A DNA stretch of 63,864 bases, counting the filler, from Octopus bimaculoides (Eukaryota), in the NCBI RefSeq assembly GCF_001194135.2. It is 5 parts of 3 records of this genome, joined end to end, with 100 filler letters (N's around TTAATTAATTAA, not from the genome) between each part and the next. Parts side by side here need not be neighbours in the genome. Positions count along the whole stretch, not along the records: positions 1 to 26,152 come from NC_068990.1; positions 26,253 to 35,841 come from NC_068990.1; 3 more parts are not named here. One strand, written 5' to 3'. Every line of letters begins with the position of its first letter. Position 1 is the first letter of the stretch. The position numbers and the translations under genes are program-made. The notes below the pieces were generated by a model. That model saw only the letters and a program-made list of their open reading frames with translations. It was not told the DNA's origin and did not search any database. Below are positions 23,709 to 35,810 of the stretch, one piece after another.

Positions 23709-25254
23709 TTGGCTGTAGTAATAGTAGTTAATGATTATAACAGTAGTGGCAGTAGTAGTGGTCGCAATACTAGTTGTTGGTGTTGTAGTGCCTGTAACAA
23801 TAGTATGGCATAATAAAGGTAGCGGAGTTGTTGTTGTGGTGGTGGTGGTGGTGGTGGTAGCTACGGCAGTAGTAGTGAAAGTGATTGTAATGACAGCGTT
23901 GGTGGACGGAATTATAGTACAGGTGTTAGCAGTGGTGGTGGTTGTTGTTGAAGTAATAGTATAGGCGTTGGTAATCGTGGTGTTTGCAGCGGTGCTGGTA
24001 ACAACACCACAACGTAGCTTGCCAAAAGACAACACAAACACATTCATGCACAACAGAGAAACAGATGCATGCATACAATACGCGCGCACACGTACACAAA
24101 ATAAAATGCACAATGCACACACAATACACAGATATAACCACACAATAAGTGCGCGCGTGCGCAACGCTGGTGTCAGCAAGTACAAACTGACAAGAATTTT
24201 ACTTCTGAAAACTGTCGTTTCTTTTAACAAATGATGACGCTGATGATGGTGGTGATGGTGGTGATGGTGGTGGTGGTGGTGGTGGTGGTGGCGGTTGCTG
24301 CTGCGAGAAAGTGCAAGGAACTTAGCTNNNNNNNNNNNNNNNNNNNNNNNNNNNNNNNNNNNNNNNNNNNNNNNNNNNNNNNNNNNNNNNNNNNNNNNNN
24401 NNNNNNNNNNNNNNNNNNNNNNNNNNNNNNNNNNNNNNNNNNNNNNNNNNNNNNNNNNNNNNNNNNNNNNNNNNNNNNNNNNNNNNNNNNNNNNNNNNNN
24501 NNNNNNNNNNNNNNNNNNNNNNNNNNNNNNNNNNNNNNNNNNNNNNNNNNNNNNNNNNNNNNNNNNNNNNNNNNNNNNNNNNNNNNNNNNNNNNNNNNNN
24601 NNNNNNNNNNNNNNNNNNNNNNNNNNNNNNNNNNNNNNNNNNNNNNNNNNNNNNNNNNNNNNNNNNNNNNNNNNNNNNNNNNNNNNNNNNNNNNNNNNNN
24701 NNNNNNNNNNNNNNNNNNNNNNNNNNNNNNNNNNNNNNNNNNNNNNNNNNNNNNNNNNNNNNNNNNNNNNNNNNNNNNNNNNNNNNNNNNNNNNNNNNNN
24801 NNNNNNNNNNNNNNNNNNNNNNNNNNNNNNNNNNNNNNNNNNNNNNNNNNNNNNNNNNNNNNNNNNNNNNNNNNNNNNNNNNNNNNNNNNNNNNNNNNNN
24901 NNNNNNNNNNNNNNNNNNNNNNNNNNNNNNNNNNNNNNNNNNNNNNNNNNNNNNNNNNNNNNNNNNNNNNNNNNNNNNNNNNNNNNNNNNNNNNNNNNNN
25001 NNNNNNNNNNNNNNNNNNNNNNNNNNNNNNNNNNNNNNNNNNNNNNNNNNNNNNNNNNNNNNNNNNNNNNNNNNNNNNNNNNNNNNNNNNNNNNNNNNNN
25101 NNNNNNNNNNNNNNNNNNNNNNNNNNNNNNNNNNNNNNNNNNNNNNNNNNNNNNNNAGACACATGCAAAGAATAAATACATCTACACACACATGCATACA
25201 TGTATGTATATATATGTACATACATATCCACACACGAGCATAAATATATTATTA

Positions 25255-25610
25255 CATAGGAGTGACTGTGTGGTAAGTAGCTTGCTTCCCAACTACATGG
25301 TTCCGGGTTCAGTCCCACTAAGGGGCACCTTGGGCAAGTGTCTTCTACTATAGCTTCGGGCCGACCAAAGCCTTGTGAGTGGATTTGGTAGACGGAAACT
25401 GAAAGAAGCCCGTCGTATGTATATAGATTTGTGTGTGTGTGTGTTTGCGTGTGCAACATTGCTTGACAACCGATGCTGGTGTGTTTACGTCTCCGTAACT
25501 TAGCGGTTCGGCAAGAGATACCGATAGAATAAGTCCTGGGGTCGATTTGCTCGACTAAATGCGGTGCCCCAGCATGGCTGCAGTCGAATAACTTGAAACA
25601 AATAATATAT
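25255..25610 (+). mobile_element. SINE family B, near full length
   Basis: GGAGTGACTGTGTGGTAAG...GGGTTCAGTCCC...CCTTGGGCAAGTG...; deletion between the two GAATAAGT direct repeats. Confidence 0.93.
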
Positions 25611-26113
25611 ATATATATATAGACATTATACATCTACACACACACATACATACATATATATATATATATATACACACAATATATATATATATATATACAA
25701 TACATATATACACATGTCTATGCATATACACATACATCCACATACATACATATACCTACACACACACACACACAACACACGCAAGCATCTATCTACGTGT
25801 GTAGATGTCGATGTACAATTTACAGAAATTATAGACAAATAAAGAAACGAGCTGATATCTACGAACATCTGAAAGATAAAATTATCCACATACTCCACAC
25901 ACACACACACACTGCACGTACACACACGTGTGAGTATGTACGAGTGTGTGTGTATGAGTGTGTGTGTGTGTGTGTGTGTGTTACATATATTGAACGTGTC
26001 AGCAGAATGTAGTGCAGCTCATTGATCAAGTGCAAGGGAGTCTTAAAAGCTATTGATGTACGTACTAAGCAGGCATGCAGGCAGGCGAACAGAGGTAGAT
26101 AGATAGATCGAGC

Positions 26114-26152
<39 letters not shown>

Positions 26153-26252
26153 NNNNNNNNNNNNNNNNNNNNNNNNNNNNNNNNNNNNNNNNNNNNTTAA
26201 TTAATTAANNNNNNNNNNNNNNNNNNNNNNNNNNNNNNNNNNNNNNNNNNNN

Positions 26253-26522
26253 AGCGCCCTGAGAGAAAAGTTGGACTTAAGAAGCATCAGATGTGGCGTG
26301 CAAGAGAGATGACTATGCTAGTATGGTCATGTGTTGTGAATGGATGAGGACAGCTGTGTGAAAAAGTGTCACACTCTAGCAGTTGAGGGAAGAGGTAGAC
26401 CCAGGAAGAGGTAGACCCAGGAAAACCTGGGATGAGGTGGTGAAGCACAACCTTTGAAAATTGGGCCTCATCGAAGCAATGACAAGTGACCGAGACCTTT
26501 GGAGATATGCCATGCTTGAGAA
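26253..26522 (+). repeat. Exact duplicate of 26993-27262 between two gaps (probable assembly redundancy)
   Basis: 270 bp that read identical to the RTE segment 740 bp downstream, with N runs on both sides. Confidence 0.85.
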
Positions 26523-26989
26523 NNNNNNNNNNGGAATCTATGAAAATAAATAAGAGGAAGCAAGGCAAAACTATGTTAAAAGTTTAGGAATAGAAATTCT
26601 CAGAGTTTATTGATATGTGCTCGAAATATGTGTTTGAGTGTTTGCAGGCTTATTTTTTTAATTTTTTGCTTTTATTTTGTGTGTTAGTAAGAATTTTTCT
26701 TATCTATTTCTGTGTCTGTGGTGTAGAGAGTAGATAAATGGTGAAATTATTCTACACTACAGCTTCAATTGCAGTTTGATTCCTTAATTCATTTCACTGT
26801 CCATATTTCTCTTCTTTGCAATTTGTAATAGTGTTATCACATTCATTCCATCACAAGATGAATAAACGAATAAACAAAAGAAACAGGTGTAATTTAACGA
26901 AGCTGATTACGTAATAATACCTCTTTCCTTGTCATTCATTAACGAATATCATATTCTGTACTCACCCCCTATTTCACTCTAGATAGAGT

Positions 26990-27756
26990 GTAAGCGCCCT
27001 GAGAGAAAAGTTGGACTTAAGAAGCATCAGATGTGGCGTGCAAGAGAGATGACTATGCTAGTATGGTCATGTGTTGTGAATGGATGAGGACAGCTGTGTG
27101 AAAAAGTGTCACACTCTAGCAGTTGAGGGAAGAGGTAGACCCAGGAAGAGGTAGACCCAGGAAAACCTGGGATGAGGTGGTGAAGCACAACCTTTGAAAA
27201 TTGGGCCTCATCGAAGCAATGACAAGTGACCGAGACCTTTGGAGATATGCCATGCTTGAGAAGATCCGGCAAGCCAAGTGAGACCATAACCATGGCCTAT
27301 GCCAGTGCTGTATACCCAGCCCATTTAAGAGAACCCTTCAATCATTGGACAATAAACTACACTTGTGGAGACCTGTTGAGGCAAGTGAAATCACTGTTGT
27401 GGCTGATGACAGTACTGCCTGATTGGCACCTGTGCCAGGGGAACGTTAAAAGCACCATTCAAGCATGGTCCTTGCCAGGGCTGCTGACTGGCTCTGGTGC
27501 CAATGGCACATAAAAAAAAGCACCATTTGAGTGTGGCTAATGCCAGTACTGCTCGACTGGCCCTCATGCCAGTGGCAAGTAAAAGCACCCACTACACTCT
27601 CGGAGTAGTTGGCGTTAGGAAGTGCATCCAGCTGTAGAAACTTTGCCAGATCAGATTAGAGCCTGGTGCAGCCTTATTGCTTGCCAGCCCTCAGTCAAAC
27701 CGTCCAACCCATGCCAGCATAGAAAGCGGACGTTAAATGATGATGATGATGATGAT
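26990..27756 (+). mobile_element. RTE-clade LINE 3' end (ORF2 C-terminus, 3' UTR, (TGA)n tail)
   Basis: SVSALREKLDLRSIRCGVQER*LC*YGHVL*MDEDSCVKKC...GRPRKTWDEVVKH...DRDLWRYAMLEK..*; the UTR ends GGACGTTAAATGATGATGATG. Confidence 0.9.
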
Positions 27757-27819
27757 TGAATTCTAACAGCTGGTTAATGGTATCACTAAGCCAAAGGGAA
27801 ATCATTATATAAAGAATTG

Positions 27820-27995
27820 CCTGTCACTGAAAGAAGATGGTACCTGTGGAAGAGGGAGCCCCAGGAAGACATAGGATGAAGTGGTGAGGATTGATCTTAG
27901 GATGTTGGGGCTCATGGAGAAAATGACAGTGGACCGAGATGTTTGGCGATATGAAGTTCTAGAGAAGATCTGCCCACATCAGCGAAACTGGGTGC
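27820..27995 (+). mobile_element. RTE LINE ORF2 C-terminal fragment, second subfamily
   Basis: CLSLKEDGTCGRGSPRKT*DEVVRIDLRMLGLMEKMTVDRDVWRYEVLEK. Confidence 0.8.
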
Positions 27996-28094
27996 TAGAA
28001 GAGTTGTGTCCTACCCACATGGAACAACAAGCAGCTTTCCTCTGTGTGCTTTAGCCTTATTATTATGGCAACAATCCGGATACTTATTGATCAG

Positions 28095-28099
<5 letters not shown>

Positions 28100-28132
<33 letters not shown>

Positions 28133-28360
28133 TGTGTGTGTGTATGTGTTTGTCTGTATTTGTCCCCCCGCCAACACTTGACAACTGGCATTGATGTGTT
28201 TATTTCCTGTCACTTAGCAGTTCAGCAAATAAAGACTGATAGCACAAGTACCAGGCTTAACAGAAAGAAATAAGTCCTGGGATCAATTCATTCAACTAAA
28301 ATTCTTCAAGTTGCTGCCCCAGTATGGCCACAGTCTAATGATGAAAACAAGCAAAAAATA
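28100..28360 (+). mobile_element. SINE family B 3' half, old
   Basis: (TG)n-TTTGTCCCCC..CTTGACAAC...GCTGCCCCAGTATGGCCACAGTC. Confidence 0.8.
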
Positions 28361-28395
28361 GCTTCACATAACGATCTTATATCTTAAAATGGTAA

Positions 28396-28605
28396 AAGGC
28401 GGTGAGCTGACAGAAATGTTAGCAAAATGCTTAGCGGTATTTCATCTGTCTTTACATTCTGAGTTCAAATTCTGCTGAGGTCGACTTTGCCTTTCATCCT
28501 TTCGTGATCAATAAATTAAGTACCAGTTGTGTACTGGGGTCGATCTAATCAACTAGCTCCCTCCTCCAAAATTTTGACCCTTGTGCTTAGAGCAGAAAAG
28601 AATAT
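28396..28605 (+). mobile_element. SINE family A
   Basis: AGGCGGTGAGCTGACAG head, B box, central domain and tail; short internal deletion. Confidence 0.9.
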
Positions 28606-28654
28606 ATATTAAAATGGTAAGTTGTGCATTGACGGAATTTAACAGTAGATATCA

Positions 28655-28953
28655 GCAGGAGTGGCTGTGTGGTAAGTAGCTTGCTTACCAACCACATGGT
28701 TCCGGGTTCAGTCCCACTGCATGGCATCTTGGGCAAGTGTCTTCTACTATAGCCTCAGGCTGACCAAAGTCTTGTTAGTGGATTTGGTAGACAAAAACTG
28801 AANNNNNNNNNNNNNNNNNNNNNNNNNNNNNNNNNNNNNNNNNNNNNNNNNNNNNNNNNNNNNNNNNNNNNNNNNNNNNNNNNNNNNNNNNNNNNNNNNN
28901 NNNNNNNNNNNNNNNNNNNNNNNNNNNNNNNNNNNNNNNNNNNNNNNNNNNNN

Positions 28954-28987
<34 letters not shown>

Positions 28988-29190
28988 TGTGTTTGTCCCC
29001 CTAGCATTGCTTGACAACCGATGCTGGTGTGTTTATGTCCCCTTCACCTAGCGGTTTGTCAAAAGAGACCGATAGAATAAGTACTAGGCTTACAAAGAAT
29101 AAGTCCTGGGTCGATTTGCTCGACTAAAGGCGATGCTCCAGCATGGCCGCAGTCAAATGACTGAAACAAGTAAAAGAGTAAAATAGTATA
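28655..29190 (+). mobile_element. SINE family B, full length, gap within its microsatellite
   Basis: CAGGAGTGGCTGTGTGG head to TGACTGAAACAAGTAAAAGAG tail. Confidence 0.93.
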
Positions 29191-29609
29191 AAAGAGAGAG
29201 GTCAATCGAAAGCTTCATGCCCCATCTCCCTTTAGGGTTCACAGCTGTGAGAAATATTTAGCTAACCTCACTGGAATATACTTTAAAAATAACAGGGCAT
29301 AAAGGGCCTGCATATTTCTGACGGTGGCTGCGGATGGTGAGATTTCCTGCTGCTGTTCTCGCTCTCTCTCTCTCTCTCTCTCTCACTCTCTTGTTGCATC
29401 ACTTCTTAAATATTTATTGTCAGATAATTGTGTTTAACGATACAATCAGGTAATAATTACGAAATATAGTGTAAACATTAGATCGCTCACGTTAATGGTT
29501 TTTGTGTTTTAACTGCCTCCAGGAACATCCTTCGCACTCCATTCTATCTCCTCCTCCTCCTCCTCCTCTTTCTATTCCTCCTGCCTCTTTGTCGTATATT
29601 GTTGTGTTT

Positions 29610-29850
29610 GCAATCTTTGTCATAATCATCGTTAATGTTGTGGTCGTCATTGTCATCACCGTTATTGTCATCACTACCACCGTCACCCCCACCACCACCA
29701 TTACTACCACCACCACCACCACCACAGCCGCCACCACCACCACCACCACCACTACCACCACCATAACCACCACCACCATCATTATCACCAACACCATCAC
29801 CACCACCATCATCACCACCATCATCATCACGACCATCATCATCATCGTCG

Positions 29851-29898
<48 letters not shown>

Positions 29899-29960
29899 CC
29901 ATCATCATCATCACCATCATCATCGTCATCATCATCATCGTCATCATCATCATCGATAAC
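29610..29960. repeat. Compound (CAC)n/(CAT)n trinucleotide tract
   Basis: Directly visible; produces the Met/Ile/Thr-run ORFs. Confidence 0.95.
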
Positions 29961-30829
29961 ATTACTATGAAAGTGTTTATAGTTTTGCTGTGGCTGAAAT
30001 AATTAGTAGCTTCGTTAATTTCACGAGAAATAATCATTAATGTTGTATTTAACGAATAAAAGAACATTAAACAAAAACATTTCGGAAGGTTTCTATTATT
30101 TATATTCTTTGCATATTACTCTGTTATTAGTATTCTTCATATCATCAGCAACATCATCATCATCCTCCTCCTCATCATCATCATTGTCCTCATTATTATT
30201 ATTAGTTGTATTAGTTGTGTTATTATTTACTTATTCCTTAATTATTCGCGTTGCAGTTTATTTTTAGAGTGAGTTATTCTTATTGTTTCATTCATGTTTT
30301 TTTTTTCTTTTTCCGCTTTATTTTTGCTTTTCTATTTTTCGACTTCCAGTAGCAAACACTTCACTGTTTGTCTTTCAATGAATATTTAATTAACATCGCA
30401 AGTAATTATCTCTTTAATGACCTTACAGTTTATGTTCCATATATTAAACATGGCGAAATAAGAAAAGAAACATGGAGGAGAAGTTGTGAGAAGCAGAAGA
30501 CCAGACTATTACTGCCTTACATTTAAATATTATTAATAGAACGTTCTTCATGTTATTGTCGTTGATAAGGCATGCACTGGGAGATAATTTATCAAAGGAA
30601 TTCCAGTCACAAATATCTTGTATCTTTGGATAATCTAGACTACATTGCTTTTTCTCCATTTTGAAGATGGCAGAACGTGACTTGAGGGAGAATCAACTTT
30701 TGTTTCTAGTGTAACCTTGTGGTGATCTCTATATAAGCAAACTTGTTGAGCAGTTTTGCTGTCATTTATCAACAGTTTCAACCCTATCTCTCTGTATTTA
30801 CCTATATACGTTCATAAATATTATCATGG

Positions 30830-30945
30830 GTGCTGGAGTGGCTGTGTGGTAAGTAGCTTGCTTACCAACCACATGGTCCTGAGTTCAGTCCCACTGTGTG
30901 GCATCTTGGGCAAATGTCTTCTACTATAGCCTCGGGCTGACCAAG
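30830..30945 (+). mobile_element. SINE family B head fragment
   Basis: GGTGCTGGAGTGGCTGTGTGGTAAG...GAGTTCAGTCCC...CTTGGGCAAATG. Confidence 0.88.
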
Positions 30946-31201
30946 TATAAGAACATACACCCATACGCATACACATACACACACCACACGCACACACACA
31001 CACACAAACACAGTTTTATATTTACACTCAACTACATACACACACATAACAAGCATTCACATATTTATATATTTTTATACACACACACCCACATTCACAC
31101 ACATACATAATACAGAGACACACATTCTTATCACCCAGTATGTGTGTGTGTGCATGTGCATGTGTATACATATACATATCTATGTGCTGGGTAACAAGAA
31201 A

Positions 31202-31244
<43 letters not shown>

Positions 31245-31394
31245 CACACATCTTCTTGTATCAGAACTATAATTTACTCTTTGAAGACAAATTAAATTCC
31301 TGATATATAATTTCCTGGTGTATGTAGTATCGTCTTTGAAACTGCTTCCACACACACAGAACAACGGTATGGTAAGAATATGGTAAGAAGATGG

Positions 31395-31870
31395 AGGAAC
31401 GACAAGAAAGAAGAAGAAGAAGGAGAAGAAGAAGAAGAAGAAGATGAAGAAGAAAGAGAAGGAGAAGATGAAGAAGGAGAAGAAGAAAAAGAAGAGGAGA
31501 AGAAGGAGAAGAGAGAAACATGTCCTATTAGGAAGTAGTAGTAGTGGTAGGAATGAAAGTAATAGAAGCAGTTTTAGTGGTAGTAGTGGTGGTGATTGTT
31601 GTTGTTCTGGTAAAAGAATGAAGATGGAGAGAAATGAAATGATGAAAGAAAGCGGGGGTGAAAGGAAAGTGGAGGAGAGGACGAGGAGGAGGAGGAAGAG
31701 GAGGAAGGGGAAGTGGAGGAGGAAGAGAAGAACAAGGAGAAAGAACAGAAGAGAAAAAGAAGAAAAGAATGAGAAAAAGAAGATGAAGGAGGATGAGGAG
31801 GAGGCAGAGAGGAAGAATATGGAGGAGGAGGAAGAGAAGAAGAAGAAGAAGAAGAAGAAGAAGAAGAAAA
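31395..31870. repeat. Purine-rich (GAA)n/(GGA)n/(GTA)n low-complexity tract
   Basis: Directly visible; produces the K/E/R-rich ORF 31444-32028. Confidence 0.9.
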
Positions 31871-32024
31871 TGACTGGCACTGCTACCAAAAAATGTGATG
31901 ATGTGGAAAAAACTGAACAAGAAAATGATAGAGTTTTGCAGAAAATGGCTGACAAATGCTGTACAAGAACGGGTTTGGATGGTGTAAATACAATGGCACT
32001 TGCATCATTGTGTTTTCTTGTGGT

Positions 32025-32251
32025 TTAATTCTTCAGCAATTAAATTAACCATATTTGGTCCAAATATTCTCTGTTTTATGTTCAGAGTAGCCAGATCTGG
32101 CATCTCATACCTACCCTACAATGTCATTCTAATAATAGAAAATCACAACATGAAAATTTCGATGCTATGAGAAAAACCATGATTAATATAAACTAATGTG
32201 GATAAATAAGCTTGGCGTTTGGCAGAATAATCCTGAATGCTAAGGGGTTAA
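32025..32251. mobile_element. TTAA-flanked MITE, second family
   Basis: TTAA-TTCTTCAGCAAT ... AATGCTAAGGGG-TTAA, imperfect TIRs. Confidence 0.45.
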
Positions 32252-32329
32252 TTCAAGGTCGACATTGATCAGAGACACTTATGGTCATTCATGGCAGCGA
32301 CCATCAGATATTTATTTCTTTATTGCCCA

Positions 32330-32697
32330 TCATCATCATCGTTTAACGTCTGCTTTCCATGCTAGCATGGGTTGGACGATTTGACTGAGGACTGGTGAAA
32401 CCGGATGGCAACACCAGGCTCCAATCTGATTTGGCAGAGTTTCTACAGCTGGATGCCATTCCTAATGCCAACCACTCCAAGAGTGTAGTGGGTGCTTTCA
32501 CGTGTCACCCGCACGAAGGCCAGTCAGGCAGTACTGGCAACGGCCACGCTCAAAATGGTGTTTTTTATGTGCCACCCGCACAAGAGCCAGTCCAGGGGCA
32601 CTAGCAACGTTCTTGCTCGAAAATCCTACGAAGGCCAGTCAGGCGGTACTGGTAACGGCCACGCTCAAAATGGTGTATTTTATGTGCCACCCGCACT
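32330..32697 (-). mobile_element. RTE-derived 3' UTR fragment or SINE with an internal duplication of about 70 bp
   Basis: Inverse homolog of 27470-27756; (CAT)n tail; ACGAAGGCCAGTCAGGC...GTGCCACCCGCAC occurs at about 32513-32582 and 32628-32697. Confidence 0.85.
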
Positions 32698-32699
32698 GA

Positions 32700-33068
32700 A
32701 GGAACAAACAAGGACACACAAAGGGATTAAGTCGATTACATCGACCCCAGTGCCTAACTGGTACTTATTTAATTGACCCCAAAAGGATGAAAGGCAAAGT
32801 CAACCTCGACGAAATTTCAACTTAGAAAATAGCAATGGGTGAAATACAGCTTAGCATTTCATCCAGCATGCTAACGATTTTTTTCTACTCTAGGCACAAG
32901 GCCTGAAATTTTGGGGGAGGGGGCCAGACGATTAGATCGACTCCAGTACACAACTGGTACTTAATTTATAGACTCCAAAAGGGTGAAAGGCAAATGCGAC
33001 CTCGGCGCAATTTGAACTCAGAATATAAAGACCGACGAAATACTGCTAAGCATTTCGCCTGGCATGCT
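32700..33068 (-). mobile_element. Two tandem SINE A copies
   Basis: GGATGAAAGGCAAAGTC central-domain motifs at about 32785 and 32985, same orientation. Confidence 0.85.
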
Positions 33069-33129
33069 AAAGAATAAAACAATAAAATCTCAAAAGAATA
33101 ACAATAGCAAAAATGACACACAAAATGCC

Positions 33130-34175
33130 AAAACTCAAAATAGGCGAAAGAAACCAAACAAAAAATCGCATAACCCAATTTTTGGATTGCTGAAATCATT
33201 GAAGACAGGTAAACAATTCCTTGCAGTGTTGGACAGGTGCTTCCCTAAAACACTTAAATACCATTGTATCTTCAACAAGCATGCAGTGAAAGTATAGAAT
33301 GCCACATCCAACAACATGAGGTACACAAATACAACAATAGAAAAATATACATGCAAACAATGACCACGGACAAGGAACAAACAAACCAAAACAACACAAG
33401 GTATAGGAACAAACAGACCAAAACAACACAAGGTATAGGAACAAACAGACCAAAACAACACAAGGTATAGGAACATTAACAAAAATAAACACAATAGGGA
33501 TCACAAAAACATGGATATCAACCCTGACAGTTGAAATAGGATTCAAACAAAGACAGAAAAGAGAATTGACAAAATAGGTTATAGCATCAAGAACACTTCA
33601 GACACCACAAAGCAACCAGGACATTCACAAAAACAAAAAGTTACCTGAGAACTACGAAGATAATAGAAGGGCAAATAATTGCAGCTGTTGCTGGAAATCT
33701 GCATGTCAACTCAGGAATCGATGCATGCAAAAAAAACATCATAGATAAATGCACAATCACCACACCACAACACCATAAGGGCTGTCTCTTGTCTCTTCTC
33801 TCATTCACGTCTACTAGCATTCAAAAAAATAATTTTTCTATCTATCGTCTTGGCCTAACAGCCCTTATTGTTTGCTTTCACTGTCTTGTTTTTACTGTCT
33901 CACTGTCCTGTTCTTGTTAACACTTTCACCCTCCGCAAAAATTTCCAAATTTTATTCAATTTGCTTTCCAGGAAGGACTGTTCCAATGAAGTCACGTATT
34001 GTCCTTGCCTTCGAAATGCGGAGTAGATGGAACAGGGACAACTGATGAAGGGGAATATTCTTTATGTCGCATGTCTCGTTTCTCTGTTTTTTTCATTGTT
34101 CGAAAAAAAGTTTGTTTTCTGTCTTTGTTTCTCATTGTGTTTAACATATTTTTGTGATGTCCTGTACCGATATAT
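33130..34175 (+). mobile_element. Penelope-like element relic (RT/GIY-YIG linker region and pLTR)
   Basis: Translates as NPIFGLLKSLKTGKQFLAVLDRCFPKTLKYHCIFNKHAVKV*, matching the PLE motif NPPF...GKxFLxLIDKHFP.xHKLHKIFNRNTVKVSYS. A CTGATGA with a downstream hairpin lies at 34042. Confidence 0.7.
33379..33474 (+). repeat. 32-bp tandem repeat, 3 copies
   Basis: AAACAGACCAAAACAACACAAGGTATAGGAAC repeated three times, one mismatch in the first copy. Confidence 0.95.
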
Positions 34176-34322
34176 GCATGTATGTATACATATAGATGTA
34201 GGTATGTACATATATGTATGGATATATGCATATATTTATATATTATTTATATTATTATATGATCGAACGCCACACATCCTTCTCCAAGTAAATTTTTATT
34301 TATATATCTATNNNNNNNNNNG

Positions 34323-34394
<72 letters not shown>

Positions 34395-34398
<4 letters not shown>

Positions 34399-35560
34399 GT
34401 GTGCATGGAAGTTTTGGCTTTGGTGCTAGAAGTGAGGAGGGAACAAGGTTGTTGGAGTTCTGTGATGCAAATGATTTGCAGTGTTCTGCAACACTAATTT
34501 TAGAGAACCAGCCAGGCCAGTCATCTAATCACTTATCAGTCTGGTGGGCACTCAAACCAGATTAACTACACCCTCACCAGAAACAGGGATAGACAGATGC
34601 TTATAAATACAAAGTTTTTTTCCAGAAACAAATTCAACATAAGTGGTTAGCAAATTTAGACTTAAAGCTTGATGGACACTGAGAAGCAAACCTGTTTGAA
34701 GAAGGAAGTTATGGAAGTGCAGAGATCCATCAAACAGTCAGAGGTTTAGAGACATTCTGAGAAAGAGAAGGAGGTTGTGATATATAACAAAGAGGACAAT
34801 TGTAAGTTCCCATGAGACAACTTTCTGAGAGCTGCAGACCAAATCTGCGACTGGGGCAAAGTCTCAGCCAGACTGAGAGTGAGCTGGTGGTAGAGCAATG
34901 AGGCAGATAGAGCCATGAAAGTGAAAAGAGAGGCTTTGAAAGATTGGAGACTGGAGTCAGCAAAGAACTATATCAGGTTGTCAAGAGGGAAGCTAGGTGA
35001 CAGGTTAACCTAGCAAGGGCAGAAACAGAACAGAAGAGGTTTGCCAACATCTTACAAAGTGAAGATCAGAGACTTGAGATGTTCAGGATAGCTAAACAGT
35101 GTGTTGTAGAGAATCGAGATGTGGTGGGGAGAAGTGTGTACATATAAATAATGGTATGCTTACACTCAGTGACTCTGAAGTGTGGAAGTGCTACTATGAA
35201 AGGCTGTTAAATGCGGAGAATGAGTGGGAGAAGGGGTATCTCCTGTTTGGGACCCCAATAGAGGGTCAGGCTATTAGTGTTGACAGTACTATGACAGATG
35301 AAGCAATTAAGGATATCAAAACAGGGAAAGCCTCTGGTCCCTTGGGAGTCACTGCTGAGGTGCTTAAAATATCTGATAGAGTAGGATATGGTCTAGTCAC
35401 CTGTATAATCAATCAAATTATTTGGGAAGGTGCCATTGCCAAAGACTGGTGTAACAGCATTATAGTCAGCTGCTACAAAGGTAAGGGAGATACCTGAGAA
35501 GTAATTACGGAGGCATCAGGTTGATAGACCAAGTCATAAAAATTACAGAAAGAGTAATAA
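34395..35560 (+). mobile_element. RTE-clade LINE ORF2 pseudogene (APE endonuclease to start of RT)
   Basis: VHGSFGFGARSEEGTRLLEFCDANDL...SHLITYQSGG..QINY, then KTGKASGPLGVTAEVLK...DWCNSIIVSCYKGKGD; multiple frameshifts. Confidence 0.92.
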
Positions 35561-35569
35561 AAAAAAGGT

Positions 35570-35810
35570 CCTACCTGAATCCTGCCGACTCTTAACGGCT
35601 GGTTTCCTTGTTTCCATGGCATATAATTCTTCCACTGGATGGGACACTGGTCCATCACAGGATTACTCATTCTTACCAGGTGAGTGGACTGGAATGTGAA
35701 ATGAAGTGTTTTGCTCAAGAACACAACACGTCACCTGGTCCAGGAATTGAAAACACAATCTTACGATCATGAGTCCAACACCGTAAATTCTAAGCCATGT
35801 GCCTCCACAC
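35570..35810 (-). mobile_element. SINE family G (tRNA head; CCTGTGATGGACCAGTGTCCCATCCAG body motif)
   Basis: Inverse GGAGGCACATGGCTTAG...TTTCAATTCCTGG; related fragments at about 21840-21990 and 57490-57600. Confidence 0.7.

Noticed and set aside
26197-26208. TTAATTAATTAA centred in 100-bp gaps (also 35886-35897, 49858-49869, 62541-62552)
   Set aside because: An identical 12-mer with 44 N on each side and stop codons in all six frames is an artificial scaffolding linker, not biology.
26253-26522. Apparent tandem duplication of an RTE segment
   Set aside because: Identical to 26993-27262 and bounded by gaps on both sides; most likely redundant contig or haplotype assembly.
29492-30067. Poly-Met/Val and poly-Ile/Thr ORFs
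   Set aside because: Translations of (CAT)n/(CAC)n microsatellites.
31444-32028. 194-aa K/E/R-rich ORF
   Set aside because: Built from GAA/GGA simple repeats; no splice or domain support.
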